Below, piece after piece: positions 9,325 through 19,142 of a stretch of DNA of 31,452 nt. Every line of letters begins with the position of its first letter. The first letter of the stretch is position 1. The stretch is from Promethearchaeota archaeon. Its GTDB lineage: Archaea > Asgardarchaeota > Lokiarchaeia > Sigyniarchaeales > SOKP01. The position numbers and the translations under genes are program-made. The stretch spans positions 1 to 31,452 of the forward strand of contig JBHLNS010000039.1 of the NCBI GenBank assembly GCA_048941285.1. Reading direction: 5' to 3'. The notes under the pieces were generated by a model that did not search any database, was not told where the DNA came from, and worked only from the letters and a program-made list of their open reading frames with translations.

Positions 9325-11361
9325 TTAGGTGTGATAAGGAGCTAAAGCTTCAATCTTTTTCCAAATAAGTTCAATAGATTCAATATAATCTTTCTTATAT
9401 TCAAGTTCAGTACTACAAATTCCTTTTACCTCTTCAGAAAGTTGTTTTTCTCTATAATATTTAAGATCAATTGCTCTGGCAGGGCATGATGATACACACA
9501 CTCCGCAGCCTTTACATTTTAAGTCATCTACTTTAGCTATATTGTCTCCATTAACACTTATTGCTTTATAATGACAAAGTTTTTCACATCTATGGCAACC
9601 CATACATAGATTTTCAGCTACTTCAGCGATGATTAATTCTTGTGTGATTATATCCTTAGAAAGCAAAATAGATGCTTTACTTGCTGCAGCTAATGCAGTT
9701 GATACTGAATAAGGGATATTTTTAGGGCCAGTAGCACATCCACATATGTAAATGCCTAAATTATTTGTCTCTTGAGGTTTTAGGCATCCATGAACTTCAG
9801 TTAAAAACCCATTTATATCTTTAGCAATTCCCAAACTTTCAACGATTTCTATTGTACCTTTTGAAGGAACCATGCCCGTAGATAATACTACTAAATCTGT
9901 ATTCATGATAATAAAATCATCTGTTAAAGTTGAAGCAGCAGTAACTCTTATTTTTCCAATTTGGGGATCTTCTCTTATATCTCCTACTTTTCCTCGGATC
10001 ATCATTATCCCCGCCTCTCTAGCTTTTCTATAATATTCTTCATTTCTTTTATCCCACGTTCGCATATCTATGTAAAAGATAACGATTTCCATTTCAGGAT
10101 ATTCTTGTTTTAGCAATTGAGCATTTTTAAGTGCAACATTACAACATACTCCTGAGCAATAAGGATTCCCCTTTAATGATCTTGAACCCACACATTGAAT
10201 CATCGCAACTGTGTTTGGGACTTTTCCATCAGAAATTCTACATACATGCCCTCCAGTTGGTCCAACGGGACTTAACATACGTTCTAATTCTATTTGAGTA
10301 ATAACATCAAGATAAAAACCATATTTATAATCATTATTTTTCATAATTGGATATTCATCCCATCCCGTGGCAATAATAACGGCACCAACTTTTAATTCTA
10401 TATATTCTGAAACTTGATCAAAGTCAATAGCTTCTGCGGAACAAAGTCTTTGACAATTTTTACATTCTATACATACACTTTTATCAATTAAAGCAATCTT
10501 AGGAACTGCTTGAGGAAAAGGTATATAAATTGCGCTCCGCTCACCCATCCCTCTGTTAAATTCATTAGGGACCTTTACTGGACATTTTGTTATGCATAAT
10601 CCACAACCCGTGCACTTACTATCATTAATATAACGAGCTTTTTTATGAATTTTAACATTATAATTTCCAGGGTTACCTGTAAATTTAACAACTTCACTAT
10701 AAGTAAATAATGTTATGTTTGGATGTTTTGAAGTACTTACCATAATAGGTGCTAAAACTCATATAGCACAATCATCTGTTGGATAAATTCGATCTAATTG
10801 TGCCATTTTTCCCCCAATTGTGGCTTCTTTTTCAACTAAATATACTCGTATACCTTGATTTGCTAAATCTAATGCAGCATTCATCCCTGCAATACCAGCA
10901 CCAATAATTAATACCGATTTTTCTACTGATAATTTTTTATGAGGTATTATTTCTAATTCTCTAGCTCGATTTATGCCAGCTTGCACTAATCTTATAGCTT
11001 TTTCGGTAGTTCTCCTTTTATTTCCTGAATGAATAAAGGAACATTGTTCCCGAAGATTAACCATTTGAAAATAATATGGATTTAATCCTGCTTCAACTAA
11101 AACTAATCGATAGGTAGATTCATGAATTTTAGGTGTACAGGCCGCCACAACTACCCTATTTAGATCTAATTCTAAAATATCATTTTTAATAATTTTTTGT
11201 CCCGGATCACTACAAGTAAAATCATTTACTTTGGCAACAATAACATTTGGTAGAGCCTCAACATAATCTCTAATAAGATCACAATCAATTGAAGCACTGA
11301 TATTAACTCCTCATCTACAGATATAAACTCCAATTCTAACCATGGTCTGTGCCTCAGACAT
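9325..11361 (-). CDS. hdrA: Heterodisulfide reductase subunit A, selenoprotein (678 aa; Sec at codons 17 and 201)
   Basis: One frame from ATG 11361 (GGTGG RBS): MSEAQTMVRIGVYICR-TGA(11313-11311)-GVNISASID...VVAACTP...LDRIYPTDDCAI-TGA(10761-10759)-VLAPIMVSTSKHPNI... Both TGAs align with Cys in the paralog at 4467-7580 (VCRCGINI; DCSLCILAP). Joins ORF-track pieces 10759-11148 and 9325-10743. Confidence 0.88.
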
Positions 11362-11860
11362 ATAATCCACCTACTAAAACATCACCAACTATTAGTTTTG
11401 ATATAATAAATTTATGAAATTTGAAGAACTGAAAATTTATAAGAGGAATAAATGCTTTTTTTTTCTTTTTATCCGATTAAATGAAGATTTTGAATAAATT
11501 TAAAAAATCTGATAAGAGAAATTTTAATTATTTGACTAAATTTCTAGTCATTTTTTGAATTAATGTACGGATCTGATCTACTTATTATCACATTCTTTCA
11601 GTCATATTATCGATCTCATAACACTTATCACAGTCTTTTCACTATTACTTTGAAGGTTTCTGATCACTCACAATGGGAAAAGGATCACATTTATATACTT
11701 TGACAATAATATTTATCATAGAGATCATAAAGTTAATCAAAATAGTCATAAGAATTTTTGAAATTAATAATAATAGTTTTTCATCATAATATGTTATTTT
11801 TCTTAAAAAATATGTAATTTAATTTATTTGAAATTAAGTAGAAAAGAAATGAATTGAAGT

Positions 11861-14410
11861 ATGGATATATATTCTATATTATCTCATCCGTTTAGAAGAA
11901 AGATCTTGCTTCTTTTAGAAAAAGAAGGTTATATTCCCTATACAGATTTAATGGAAAAATTGGGTTTAGAAACAACCGGACAGTTAAATTTCCATCTCAA
12001 GAAAATTGGATCATTAATAAATAAGGATAAAAAATCATATTTTCTTACAGAAGATGGTAAACGTGTGCTAAAGATACTAAATCTTAACAAGAGAATTTTA
12101 TCGGGAGAGAATATTGATGAATACTTAGATTCGAAAGGAAGCGATATAAGTCGCATTGGTGTTATAATTTGTAATTGTAATACAGAAATTTCAAATGTAA
12201 TTAATATAACAGCACTTGAGAAATATGTGAATACTCTAAGAAAGGTTGTATCTGTCAAAATCTTTGAAAATTTATGTCAACAAAAAAATTTTGATAAAAT
12301 TACACATTGGGTAAAAGATAATTTTCTAAATAAGATTGTAATAGCTGCATGTTCTCCAAGAAGCCATCAACATCTCTTTAAACGAATTTTTGATGGTGTC
12401 ATTGAGCATGTCAATATAGAAATTGCAAATATTAGAGAACAGTGTTGTTGGGTACATCAATTCGAAATGAATCAAATGGATCCTTCTCTTTCATTAGAAA
12501 AAGCTAAATTACTAATTGAAGCTGCTATTGAACGTGTCAGTCTTCAAAAAAAAGTAAAAGTAAAGCGAGTTGAAATCGAAAAAAGCACTGCAATTTTAGG
12601 TGGTGGAATAGCTGGCATAACACTTGCATTAAACTTAGCTCGAGCAGGAATAAAAGTTTACGTTATTGAAAAATCGCCAACTTTGGGAGGCAAGGTAGCC
12701 AGATGGGATCGGATTCATAATATGGGTGATTGTTCTATATGTTTCATTTCGGAATTAATAGGCGAGTTAGTCAATGAAAAAAATGTGAAAGTATTTACTA
12801 ATACTGAAATAGAAAATGTTTCAGGAGAAGTTGGAAATTTCACTCTTAATTTAATTAAAAAACCACGATATGTAGATAATAAGAAATGTACTGGCTGTAA
12901 ACAGTGTATACAAGTATGCAGTATTGAAAAAGTGAATCAATATGAATTTGGATTAAATAATAGAAAAATCATTTATATCCCATTTATTCATTCCTTTCCG
13001 TATATTCCTTTAATTGATGAATCCGATATTAAAAACTGTCTTAGTTGCAGAATTTGTGAACGTGCCTGTGTTAATAAAGCAATCGATTTGACTCAAAAGC
13101 CAGAAAAAATTGAGATTAAAGTAGGTACTAAAGTTATAGCTATTGGTTCTGATCTTTTTTCAGATTTAGATGAATATTGTCATAATCCCCAAAATGATAT
13201 TATTTCATCATCTGAGTTTGAAAGAATGCTGTCTTCTGATGGTTTTACAGAAGGTAAAATATTAAAAATTTCTGATAAGACTCCTCCAAAAACGATTTCA
13301 ATTATTCAATATGCAGGTCCCCCTGATCATCAACATAAACTTCAAGATATCTTGGCGTTAAAATATTTAAATTATATAGATGTAAAAAATCCTGAATGTA
13401 AAGTTAACATTTTTTACGATTTAAGTAAGATAAATAAATCTGATGATTTCTTACTAAGATCCATGGATTCTAGAATACACTACTCCAATAAGATAAAAAT
13501 AATGGAGAAAGGCAGCCAAAAGATAGTAAAAGTCGATTCAAAAGAATATCCAAGTGATCTAATTATACTAAATCAAACTTTAGTACCAAATAAAGATTTA
13601 AAATCATTTCGAAAAACAATGGATTTCACATTAGATGATTATGGTTTCATGAGTGAAGAAACATTGGCATCTGGAATATATGGGGTTGGAACAATATTTG
13701 GGCCATTAGACTATAATTCTACCATTTCAACAGCAAATAATACTGCAATTAAAATAATTTCACTCCTCTCTAATGATTATTTGATAGCTGAATTTAGTGG
13801 AATTGAAATCGATGATAACAAATGTGGCTTATGCGGATTGTGTTCTAAAATTTGCCCTTTTAATGCAATTACCATAGAATCAGAAAAAGTAAGTATAGAT
13901 AAATTCAAATGTAAGGGTTGCGGTACTTGTGCTAGTATTTGCCCTACTAATGCGATAGATTTAAACATAGATAATTCTGAGAAGATATTAAAATCAATTG
14001 AAATTTTTTCTAAATTCAGAAAAAAACCTAAAATTTTAGCATTTTGTTGTCGCTCTTGTGGTTATGCTGCTGCTGATGATGCTGGTCTTAAGAAAATCTC
14101 ATATAATCCAAACACTTTTATTTTAAGTGTTCCTTGTACTGGTCGCATAGATACGAGTTTTATAATTAAATCTTTTGAATTAGGTTTTGATGGCGTAATG
14201 ATAATTGGTTGCAGAAAAAATGCCTGTAGATATATTGATGGAGTAGAAAAAGTGGAAAAAAAAATTATGATATTAAAAAATATTATCCCCACTAAATATC
14301 GAGACCGAATTATTCTTAAACATATGAACGCCGTTGAAGGTAATAAGTTTGCTGAGGTTGCTAATAAATTTTATAAAAAATTATTAGAGGAGGTCATAGT
14401 TGAAACCTAA
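11861..14410 (+). CDS. Fusion of a winged-helix (ArsR-like) DNA-binding domain, a degenerate HdrA and MvhD
   Basis: N-terminal LSHPFRRKILLLL...YTDLMEKLGLETTGQLNFHLKKI...YFLTEDG (wHTH). Then HdrA motifs ICNC, AACSP, IREQCCWVH, GGGIAG, DCSIC and ferredoxins. C-terminal MvhD motifs FCCRSCGYAAADDAG, PCTGRID, GCRKNACRY. Confidence 0.85.
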   Translation: MDIYSILSHPFRRKILLLLEKEGYIPYTDLMEKLGLETTGQLNFHLKKIGSLINKDKKSYFLTEDGKRVLKILNLNKRILSGENIDEYLDSKGSDISRIGVIICNCNTEISNVINITALEKYVNTLRKVVSVKIFENLCQQKNFDKITHWVKDNFLNKIVIAACSPRSHQHLFKRIFDGVIEHVNIEIANIREQCCWVHQFEMNQMDPSLSLEKAKLLIEAAIERVSLQKKVKVKRVEIEKSTAILGGGIAGITLALNLARAGIKVYVIEKSPTLGGKVARWDRIHNMGDCSICFISELIGELVNEKNVKVFTNTEIENVSGEVGNFTLNLIKKPRYVDNKKCTGCKQCIQVCSIEKVNQYEFGLNNRKIIYIPFIHSFPYIPLIDESDIKNCLSCRICERACVNKAIDLTQKPEKIEIKVGTKVIAIGSDLFSDLDEYCHNPQNDIISSSEFERMLSSDGFTEGKILKISDKTPPKTISIIQYAGPPDHQHKLQDILALKYLNYIDVKNPECKVNIFYDLSKINKSDDFLLRSMDSRIHYSNKIKIMEKGSQKIVKVDSKEYPSDLIILNQTLVPNKDLKSFRKTMDFTLDDYGFMSEETLASGIYGVGTIFGPLDYNSTISTANNTAIKIISLLSNDYLIAEFSGIEIDDNKCGLCGLCSKICPFNAITIESEKVSIDKFKCKGCGTCASICPTNAIDLNIDNSEKILKSIEIFSKFRKKPKILAFCCRSCGYAAADDAGLKKISYNPNTFILSVPCTGRIDTSFIIKSFELGFDGVMIIGCRKNACRYIDGVEKVEKKIMILKNIIPTKYRDRIILKHMNAVEGNKFAEVANKFYKKLLEEVIVET

Positions 14411-15158
14411 ATTTGTGATAATATCTTTAACTTCTTGTAGTGGATGTATTTCTTCTCTTTTATCATTAGATATTTTTCCACAAATCCTTGAAAGAACCAA
14501 GATAATTTATTTTCAGTTTATTTCTGATATAAAAGACATTGATAATTGTGATATCTGCTTAATTGAAGGATGTGTTTCTGAAGAGAATCAAATATCGATA
14601 CTTCGAAAAATCCGAAAACTAGCAAAAAAAATATATGCCTTAGGAACATGTGCTTGTTTTGGAGGAATTTTAAGTCTATCAGATATAAAAAAATCTGAAC
14701 CAATTTCAAGTTATATTGAAATTGATGGGATAATTCCCGGTTGTCCACCACCTATGAAACTTTTTGGTAATTGTCTAATTAGATTAGTTGAGAATAAAGA
14801 AATAGAATTATCTGAAAAAAATATGTGTGGGACTTGTCCTTCAAGAGGGAATATGATAATAAATTCAAATATAAATATCTCAAAAATTAGTCCAAACCCA
14901 GAAGAGATTAAATTTGAAGAAGAAAACTCTAAATGTTTTTTGGAAGAGGGAATTTTATGTTTGGGACCAATAACGCGAGATGGGTGTGAACATAAATGTA
15001 TTAAGATGGGTGTTCCCTGTGAAGGCTGTATAGGACCAGTTTCAAAAGATTTTACTTCCAATATTGTTAACTATTTGAGTTTGATAAATTTATCTGAGGA
15101 ACTAAAAAATTACACTGGTATTTTTTATCGATTCTCGAAACCAAAATTAGAGGGGTAA
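14400..15158 (+). CDS. mvhG: [NiFe]-hydrogenase small subunit, MvhG-like (group 3c)
   Basis: SCSGC, IEG, GTCACFGG, IPGCPP, CGTCP and CFLEEGILCLGPITRDGCEHKC...PCEGCIGP; GGAGG before the TTG start. Confidence 0.85.
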   Translation: MKPKFVIISLTSCSGCISSLLSLDIFPQILERTKIIYFQFISDIKDIDNCDICLIEGCVSEENQISILRKIRKLAKKIYALGTCACFGGILSLSDIKKSEPISSYIEIDGIIPGCPPPMKLFGNCLIRLVENKEIELSEKNMCGTCPSRGNMIINSNINISKISPNPEEIKFEEENSKCFLEEGILCLGPITRDGCEHKCIKMGVPCEGCIGPVSKDFTSNIVNYLSLINLSEELKNYTGIFYRFSKPKLEG

Positions 15159-15162
15159 AAAA

Positions 15163-16467
15163 ATGTTAAAAGTCATTGATGTTTGTAAACGTGTTGAAGG
15201 GCATGGAGAAATAAAAATTTTAATGCAAAATGATGAAATATCGTTAATAAATTTTGAATTTAATATATATAGAGGTTTTGAAAATTTCTTAATTAGAAAA
15301 AAACTATTGGATCTACCAAAAATAGTTTCTAGAATATGTGGATTATGTTATGCCTCTCAAGCAATCGCGAGTTGTAAAGCTATTGAGGATATATATAATA
15401 TCAAGGTTTCAGAACAAGCAAAATCTTTAAGGAGTATATTAATGACTGCTGAATTAATCAAATCTCATTCAATGAATTTCTTTTTTCAAACTTTACCAGA
15501 TCTATTAAATATTTTTAATTTTAGTCAAAAGACTATAACTGCCAATGATTTAATTAATTATAACCCTCAATTAACTACAAACATATATGAACTAATCAAA
15601 ATTGGAAATGAAATTAATAACTTATTTGGGGGTAGATCAGTTCATTTAATTTCACCAATTCCAGGAGGAATTATTTATTCTCCTTCTAAGAAAAATATTT
15701 CAATCGCGAAAAAAAGGTTTCAAAGTGCTTTATTTAATTTGGAATGGATTATCCAGAAATTTATTGAATTATTTTCAGATCAAATACCACCTGAAGAATT
15801 CGAGACTCCTAATCTGATTTACCTTGGTCTTTCGAATTTAAGAAATTATAATCGATATTCAGGAATGTTATCATTAAAAGAAACAAATAGAAATATAATA
15901 GAATTTGAAAAGCAAAATTATTCATCCTATTTTGGAAAGGAACCAGATTTACGTGGTATTGACTTTTACTTTGAAAATAAAAAAAAAATTATCGTAGGGC
16001 CTTTTAGTAGATATAATATTAACGAAAATTATGGCACAGATGATATTCAGACTTATCTTGAATATTTTGATAAACAATGGAAAAAAAATATTCTATTTGC
16101 CAATTTTATTAGATTATTGGAAATGTATATAGAAAGTTACCAGAGTTTACAAATGTTAGATAATCCTGATTTAAACCATAAACAAGAAATCCCCCCTCTA
16201 AACGCAATAAAAAAGTATGATGGAATCGGTGTTATTGAAGCCCCCAGAGGCATACTATTACATCATTATTATATAAATAATCATAATTCTATTGATCGCG
16301 TAAAATTATTTGTTGCTACTGAATTTAATATTCCATTAATAAATGAAATGATTACAAATTATGCACAAAAATTATTTGAAAAAACAGGAGATATTAATTT
16401 AGTAAAAAATAATGTTCAGAGGATTATAAGATCGTTCGATCCGTGTATTTCTTGCGCGACACATTAG
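15163..16467 (+). CDS. mvhA: [NiFe]-hydrogenase large subunit, MvhA-like (group 3), lacking a C-terminal extension
   Basis: RVEGHG, L1 RICGLC, EAPRGILLHHY, and L2 DPCISCATH followed directly by the stop. Confidence 0.85.
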   Translation: MLKVIDVCKRVEGHGEIKILMQNDEISLINFEFNIYRGFENFLIRKKLLDLPKIVSRICGLCYASQAIASCKAIEDIYNIKVSEQAKSLRSILMTAELIKSHSMNFFFQTLPDLLNIFNFSQKTITANDLINYNPQLTTNIYELIKIGNEINNLFGGRSVHLISPIPGGIIYSPSKKNISIAKKRFQSALFNLEWIIQKFIELFSDQIPPEEFETPNLIYLGLSNLRNYNRYSGMLSLKETNRNIIEFEKQNYSSYFGKEPDLRGIDFYFENKKKIIVGPFSRYNINENYGTDDIQTYLEYFDKQWKKNILFANFIRLLEMYIESYQSLQMLDNPDLNHKQEIPPLNAIKKYDGIGVIEAPRGILLHHYYINNHNSIDRVKLFVATEFNIPLINEMITNYAQKLFEKTGDINLVKNNVQRIIRSFDPCISCATH

Positions 16468-16604
16468 ATCTTTTTTCTTCTATTGATAGATTTGGAATTA
16501 TATGAATTCTTTTTAACTCAAATATAAGTTTATTGAGATAATTAGATATTGATAAAATGTCAATATTCTCGTCCAGCCAATATGGAAGTAAAAAAGAAAT
16601 TAGA

Positions 16605-16796
16605 TTATTTTTTTAATTTTGAGAAACATTCATTGCAAAAAAAAATCCTACGTATTTTTGTTGCATCCCAGACCATATGACCTGCTCTACTTTTCAATTC
16701 GCAACCCCAACACATCTTGTACAATTTAGTATCAATAGAATATTCATCTAATACATTAAAATTATCATCTTTTATGATTTCTTTATAACTTTTCAC
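16605..16796 (-). CDS. Small putative zinc-binding protein
   Basis: 63-aa ORF with CWGC...CNEC; fills an otherwise empty gap. Confidence 0.55.
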   Translation of the reverse strand: MKSYKEIIKDDNFNVLDEYSIDTKLYKMCWGCELKSRAGHMVWDATKIRRIFFCNECFSKLKK

Positions 16797-16886
16797 TTGT
16801 AAACACTTTATTTTAATATTGATTTTGAATGAATATCCAATTTTTAAAAGCTATACAATAAAATTAACATTATAATTTAAGGATTA

Positions 16887-16900
16887 TGAATAGATATTCA
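16887..16900. promoter_or_regulatory. Palindromic operator TGAATA-N2-TATTCA (copy 1)
   Basis: TGAATAGATATTCA upstream of the NifX-like gene at 16969. Confidence 0.65.
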
Positions 16901-16968
16901 CAAAATATAAATATAAAGTCTATTTTATTAATATAACCATTAAAAAATATAATGAATGTGAGAGTTGA

Positions 16969-17349
16969 ATGAATAGGATAATCGGAATACCATCGAATGG
17001 AACTGAATTATCAGATAACATATCACCTCATTTTGGACATTGCAGATATTTCATTGGAGTTAAAATTAATAATAACAAATCGATTGAACGAATATTTACT
17101 TTATTCAATGAAAGTCACAATGGATGCATGGAACCTGTTATGAATATGAAAAGGCAAAATGTTACAGATATGATTTTAATTGGTATAGGTATGCGTCCAT
17201 TTATGGAATTTCAACATGTTAATATAAATTTATATCAAGGCGTGAATACGAGCATTGAGGAAAACATAAAATTATTTATCCAACAGAAATTAGGACCAAT
17301 GGGTCAAGCTAGTTGTGGAAATAATTCTAATAACTCTCACACACATTAA
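16969..17349 (+). CDS. NifB/NifX (FeMo-co biosynthesis-like) family protein
   Basis: ISPHFGHCRYF and GIGMRP motifs. Confidence 0.85.
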   Translation: MNRIIGIPSNGTELSDNISPHFGHCRYFIGVKINNNKSIERIFTLFNESHNGCMEPVMNMKRQNVTDMILIGIGMRPFMEFQHVNINLYQGVNTSIEENIKLFIQQKLGPMGQASCGNNSNNSHTH

Positions 17350-17385
17350 AATATAATAATAAAAATTTAGATTAGATGAGATTAA

Positions 17386-17895
17386 ATGCCAAGTTTTAAA
17401 GAAACATATGATGCCATCAAGGCAGATTGGAATGCAGGAGAAAAAAATTTTAATATTGAATGCGAATTGCTACCAGAGGGTATGCAAGTTAACTGCATTA
17501 TGGGGAATCCTGCTGGAGAGCCTTTTGAACTACTTATTGATGCCCCTGGAGGACTGGATGGAACCAATAAGGGACCATCACCATTATTGGTAATTCTAGC
17601 TTCTATCGGCGCTTGTATTGTTGCTGTAACCAGATTTTGGGCTAAAATAATGGACATTAAAATCGAAGAGATGAAAGTTTTTTCTCGAGGACACATTAAT
17701 TTAGGAGCGATTTTTGGTATTGATGATTCAAAATTAGCTGGATATGATAAATTAGAACCTGTCATAAGAATCAAAGCAGATGCTTCAGAAGAAAAAATTA
17801 ATGAATTAATGGATAAAGTTTTTACTCATTGTCCTGTAATTAATAATTTTGGTGGAGCATCAAAGATTCAGCCAAAAGTTCAGATTAGAAAATAA
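17386..17895 (+). CDS. OsmC/Ohr family protein
   Basis: DAPGGLDGTNKGPSPLLVILASIGAC ... HCPV. Confidence 0.85.
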   Translation: MPSFKETYDAIKADWNAGEKNFNIECELLPEGMQVNCIMGNPAGEPFELLIDAPGGLDGTNKGPSPLLVILASIGACIVAVTRFWAKIMDIKIEEMKVFSRGHINLGAIFGIDDSKLAGYDKLEPVIRIKADASEEKINELMDKVFTHCPVINNFGGASKIQPKVQIRK

Positions 17896-17957
17896 ACATT
17901 ATTCTTTTTTTTTTTTATATTAGTCATTTAAATTCATTATACCTAACTGAAGATATC

Positions 17958-18398
17958 ATGGATAATGAAAAATTATTTCCTATATATGTAAATCCAAATT
18001 TTTGCATATTATGTCAGCGATGTTCGTATAGTTGCCCTAAGAAAGCTATTTTTTTTAAAAATTCACTTAGATCTGTACACTATGATAAGTGTCAAGGATG
18101 TTTAAAATGCGTAGATGTCTGTGAACATGGAGCTATTGAGGTTATTTCAATTACTGAGGGTAGTTTAAAAGGTTTTTGCATTAATACAGAAAAATGCAAT
18201 ATATGTAAACTTTGTTTGGAAGCAAACTTTTGTTTTCAAAAATTATTTTACATCAAAATGGATAAAAAAACGGGTAAAGAATTCATCGCATTTGACCATG
18301 ATAATATTTCAGAATGTCTCAAATGTTTAAAATGTTTTAAGAGCTGTCCAAATAATGCAATAATACCTGAAATTGTTAATGTTAATAATAAATCGTAA
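17958..18398 (+). CDS. Polyferredoxin (up to four [4Fe-4S] motifs)
   Basis: CILCQRCSYSCP, CQGCLKCVDVC, CNICKLC...C and CLKCLKCFKSCP. Confidence 0.85.
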   Translation: MDNEKLFPIYVNPNFCILCQRCSYSCPKKAIFFKNSLRSVHYDKCQGCLKCVDVCEHGAIEVISITEGSLKGFCINTEKCNICKLCLEANFCFQKLFYIKMDKKTGKEFIAFDHDNISECLKCLKCFKSCPNNAIIPEIVNVNNKS

Positions 18399-18474
18399 TC
18401 CTAATTTTCCTGTTATAATAATTAATCAAGTTAAGTTGCTACCATTAAAATTGAAAACAATTCTAATTAAGTTA

Positions 18475-18891
18475 TTAATCATGGTGATGATGTTCATGAT
18501 TATCATCAGCTTCAGTATGAATTTTTTCAACACCATAACCCTTACCACCACCTGGTTTACAAAGACTTTCTCCTCCTTCTAGAGTCCCATCGATTATCTT
18601 TTTAACGACATCATCAATTGTACCAGAAACTCCTACAATTACTTCAATCCCATAGTCATTAAAGAAAGCTTCAGCTCTACGGCCCATGCCTCCAGCTATC
18701 ATAAAATTTGCTCCTTGTTGATGTACAAAATTAGGTATACTCCCAACTGAATGTCCTGGATTTGGAAGAACCTTTTTATCTATAATTTTATTCTTTTCAA
18801 TAGTAACAAAAGTAAATTCTGGAGCTCTACCAAAGTGACCACTTACTCTTCCAGAATCAGTACTAATAGCAATTTTCATTATTTTCAACAA
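18475..18891 (-). CDS. NifB/NifX family protein with His-rich tail
   Basis: VSGHFGRAPEF, NPGH, AGGMGRRA and C-terminal HEHHHHD. Confidence 0.85.
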   Translation of the reverse strand: MLKIMKIAISTDSGRVSGHFGRAPEFTFVTIEKNKIIDKKVLPNPGHSVGSIPNFVHQQGANFMIAGGMGRRAEAFFNDYGIEVIVGVSGTIDDVVKKIIDGTLEGGESLCKPGGGKGYGVEKIHTEADDNHEHHHHD

Positions 18892-18943
18892 ATTTTTTCT
18901 TTTAATTTATATTAAAATAGGATAATATAAAATATAAATTTAA

Positions 18944-18957
18944 TGAATAATTATTCA
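18944..18957. promoter_or_regulatory. Palindromic operator TGAATA-N2-TATTCA (copy 2)
   Basis: Perfect palindrome ATGAATAATTATTCAT between the divergent NifX-like and DUF134 genes. Confidence 0.7.
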
Positions 18958-19142
18958 TAATATGGAAATATTTTGCTATTATATATCAATGATTGTTCTA
19001 ATATAAGATAAGAGAAAATCTATAATATTTCTAAATAATATTTTTTAATAATTTTGAATAATTAATAATAAAAATCTGGATCAATAATTTTACATTGATT
19101 TATTTGGAAAATAAACCATAACCATTTTTTTGGTGATTTGAT

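Noticed and set aside
9325-11361. Genome-wide UGA reassignment (code 4/25) or hdrA pseudogene
   Set aside because: TGA ends several full-length genes here (9215, 19601, 22961, 24443). The two internal TGAs fall only on conserved Cys positions and there is no other decay, so Sec is the better explanation.
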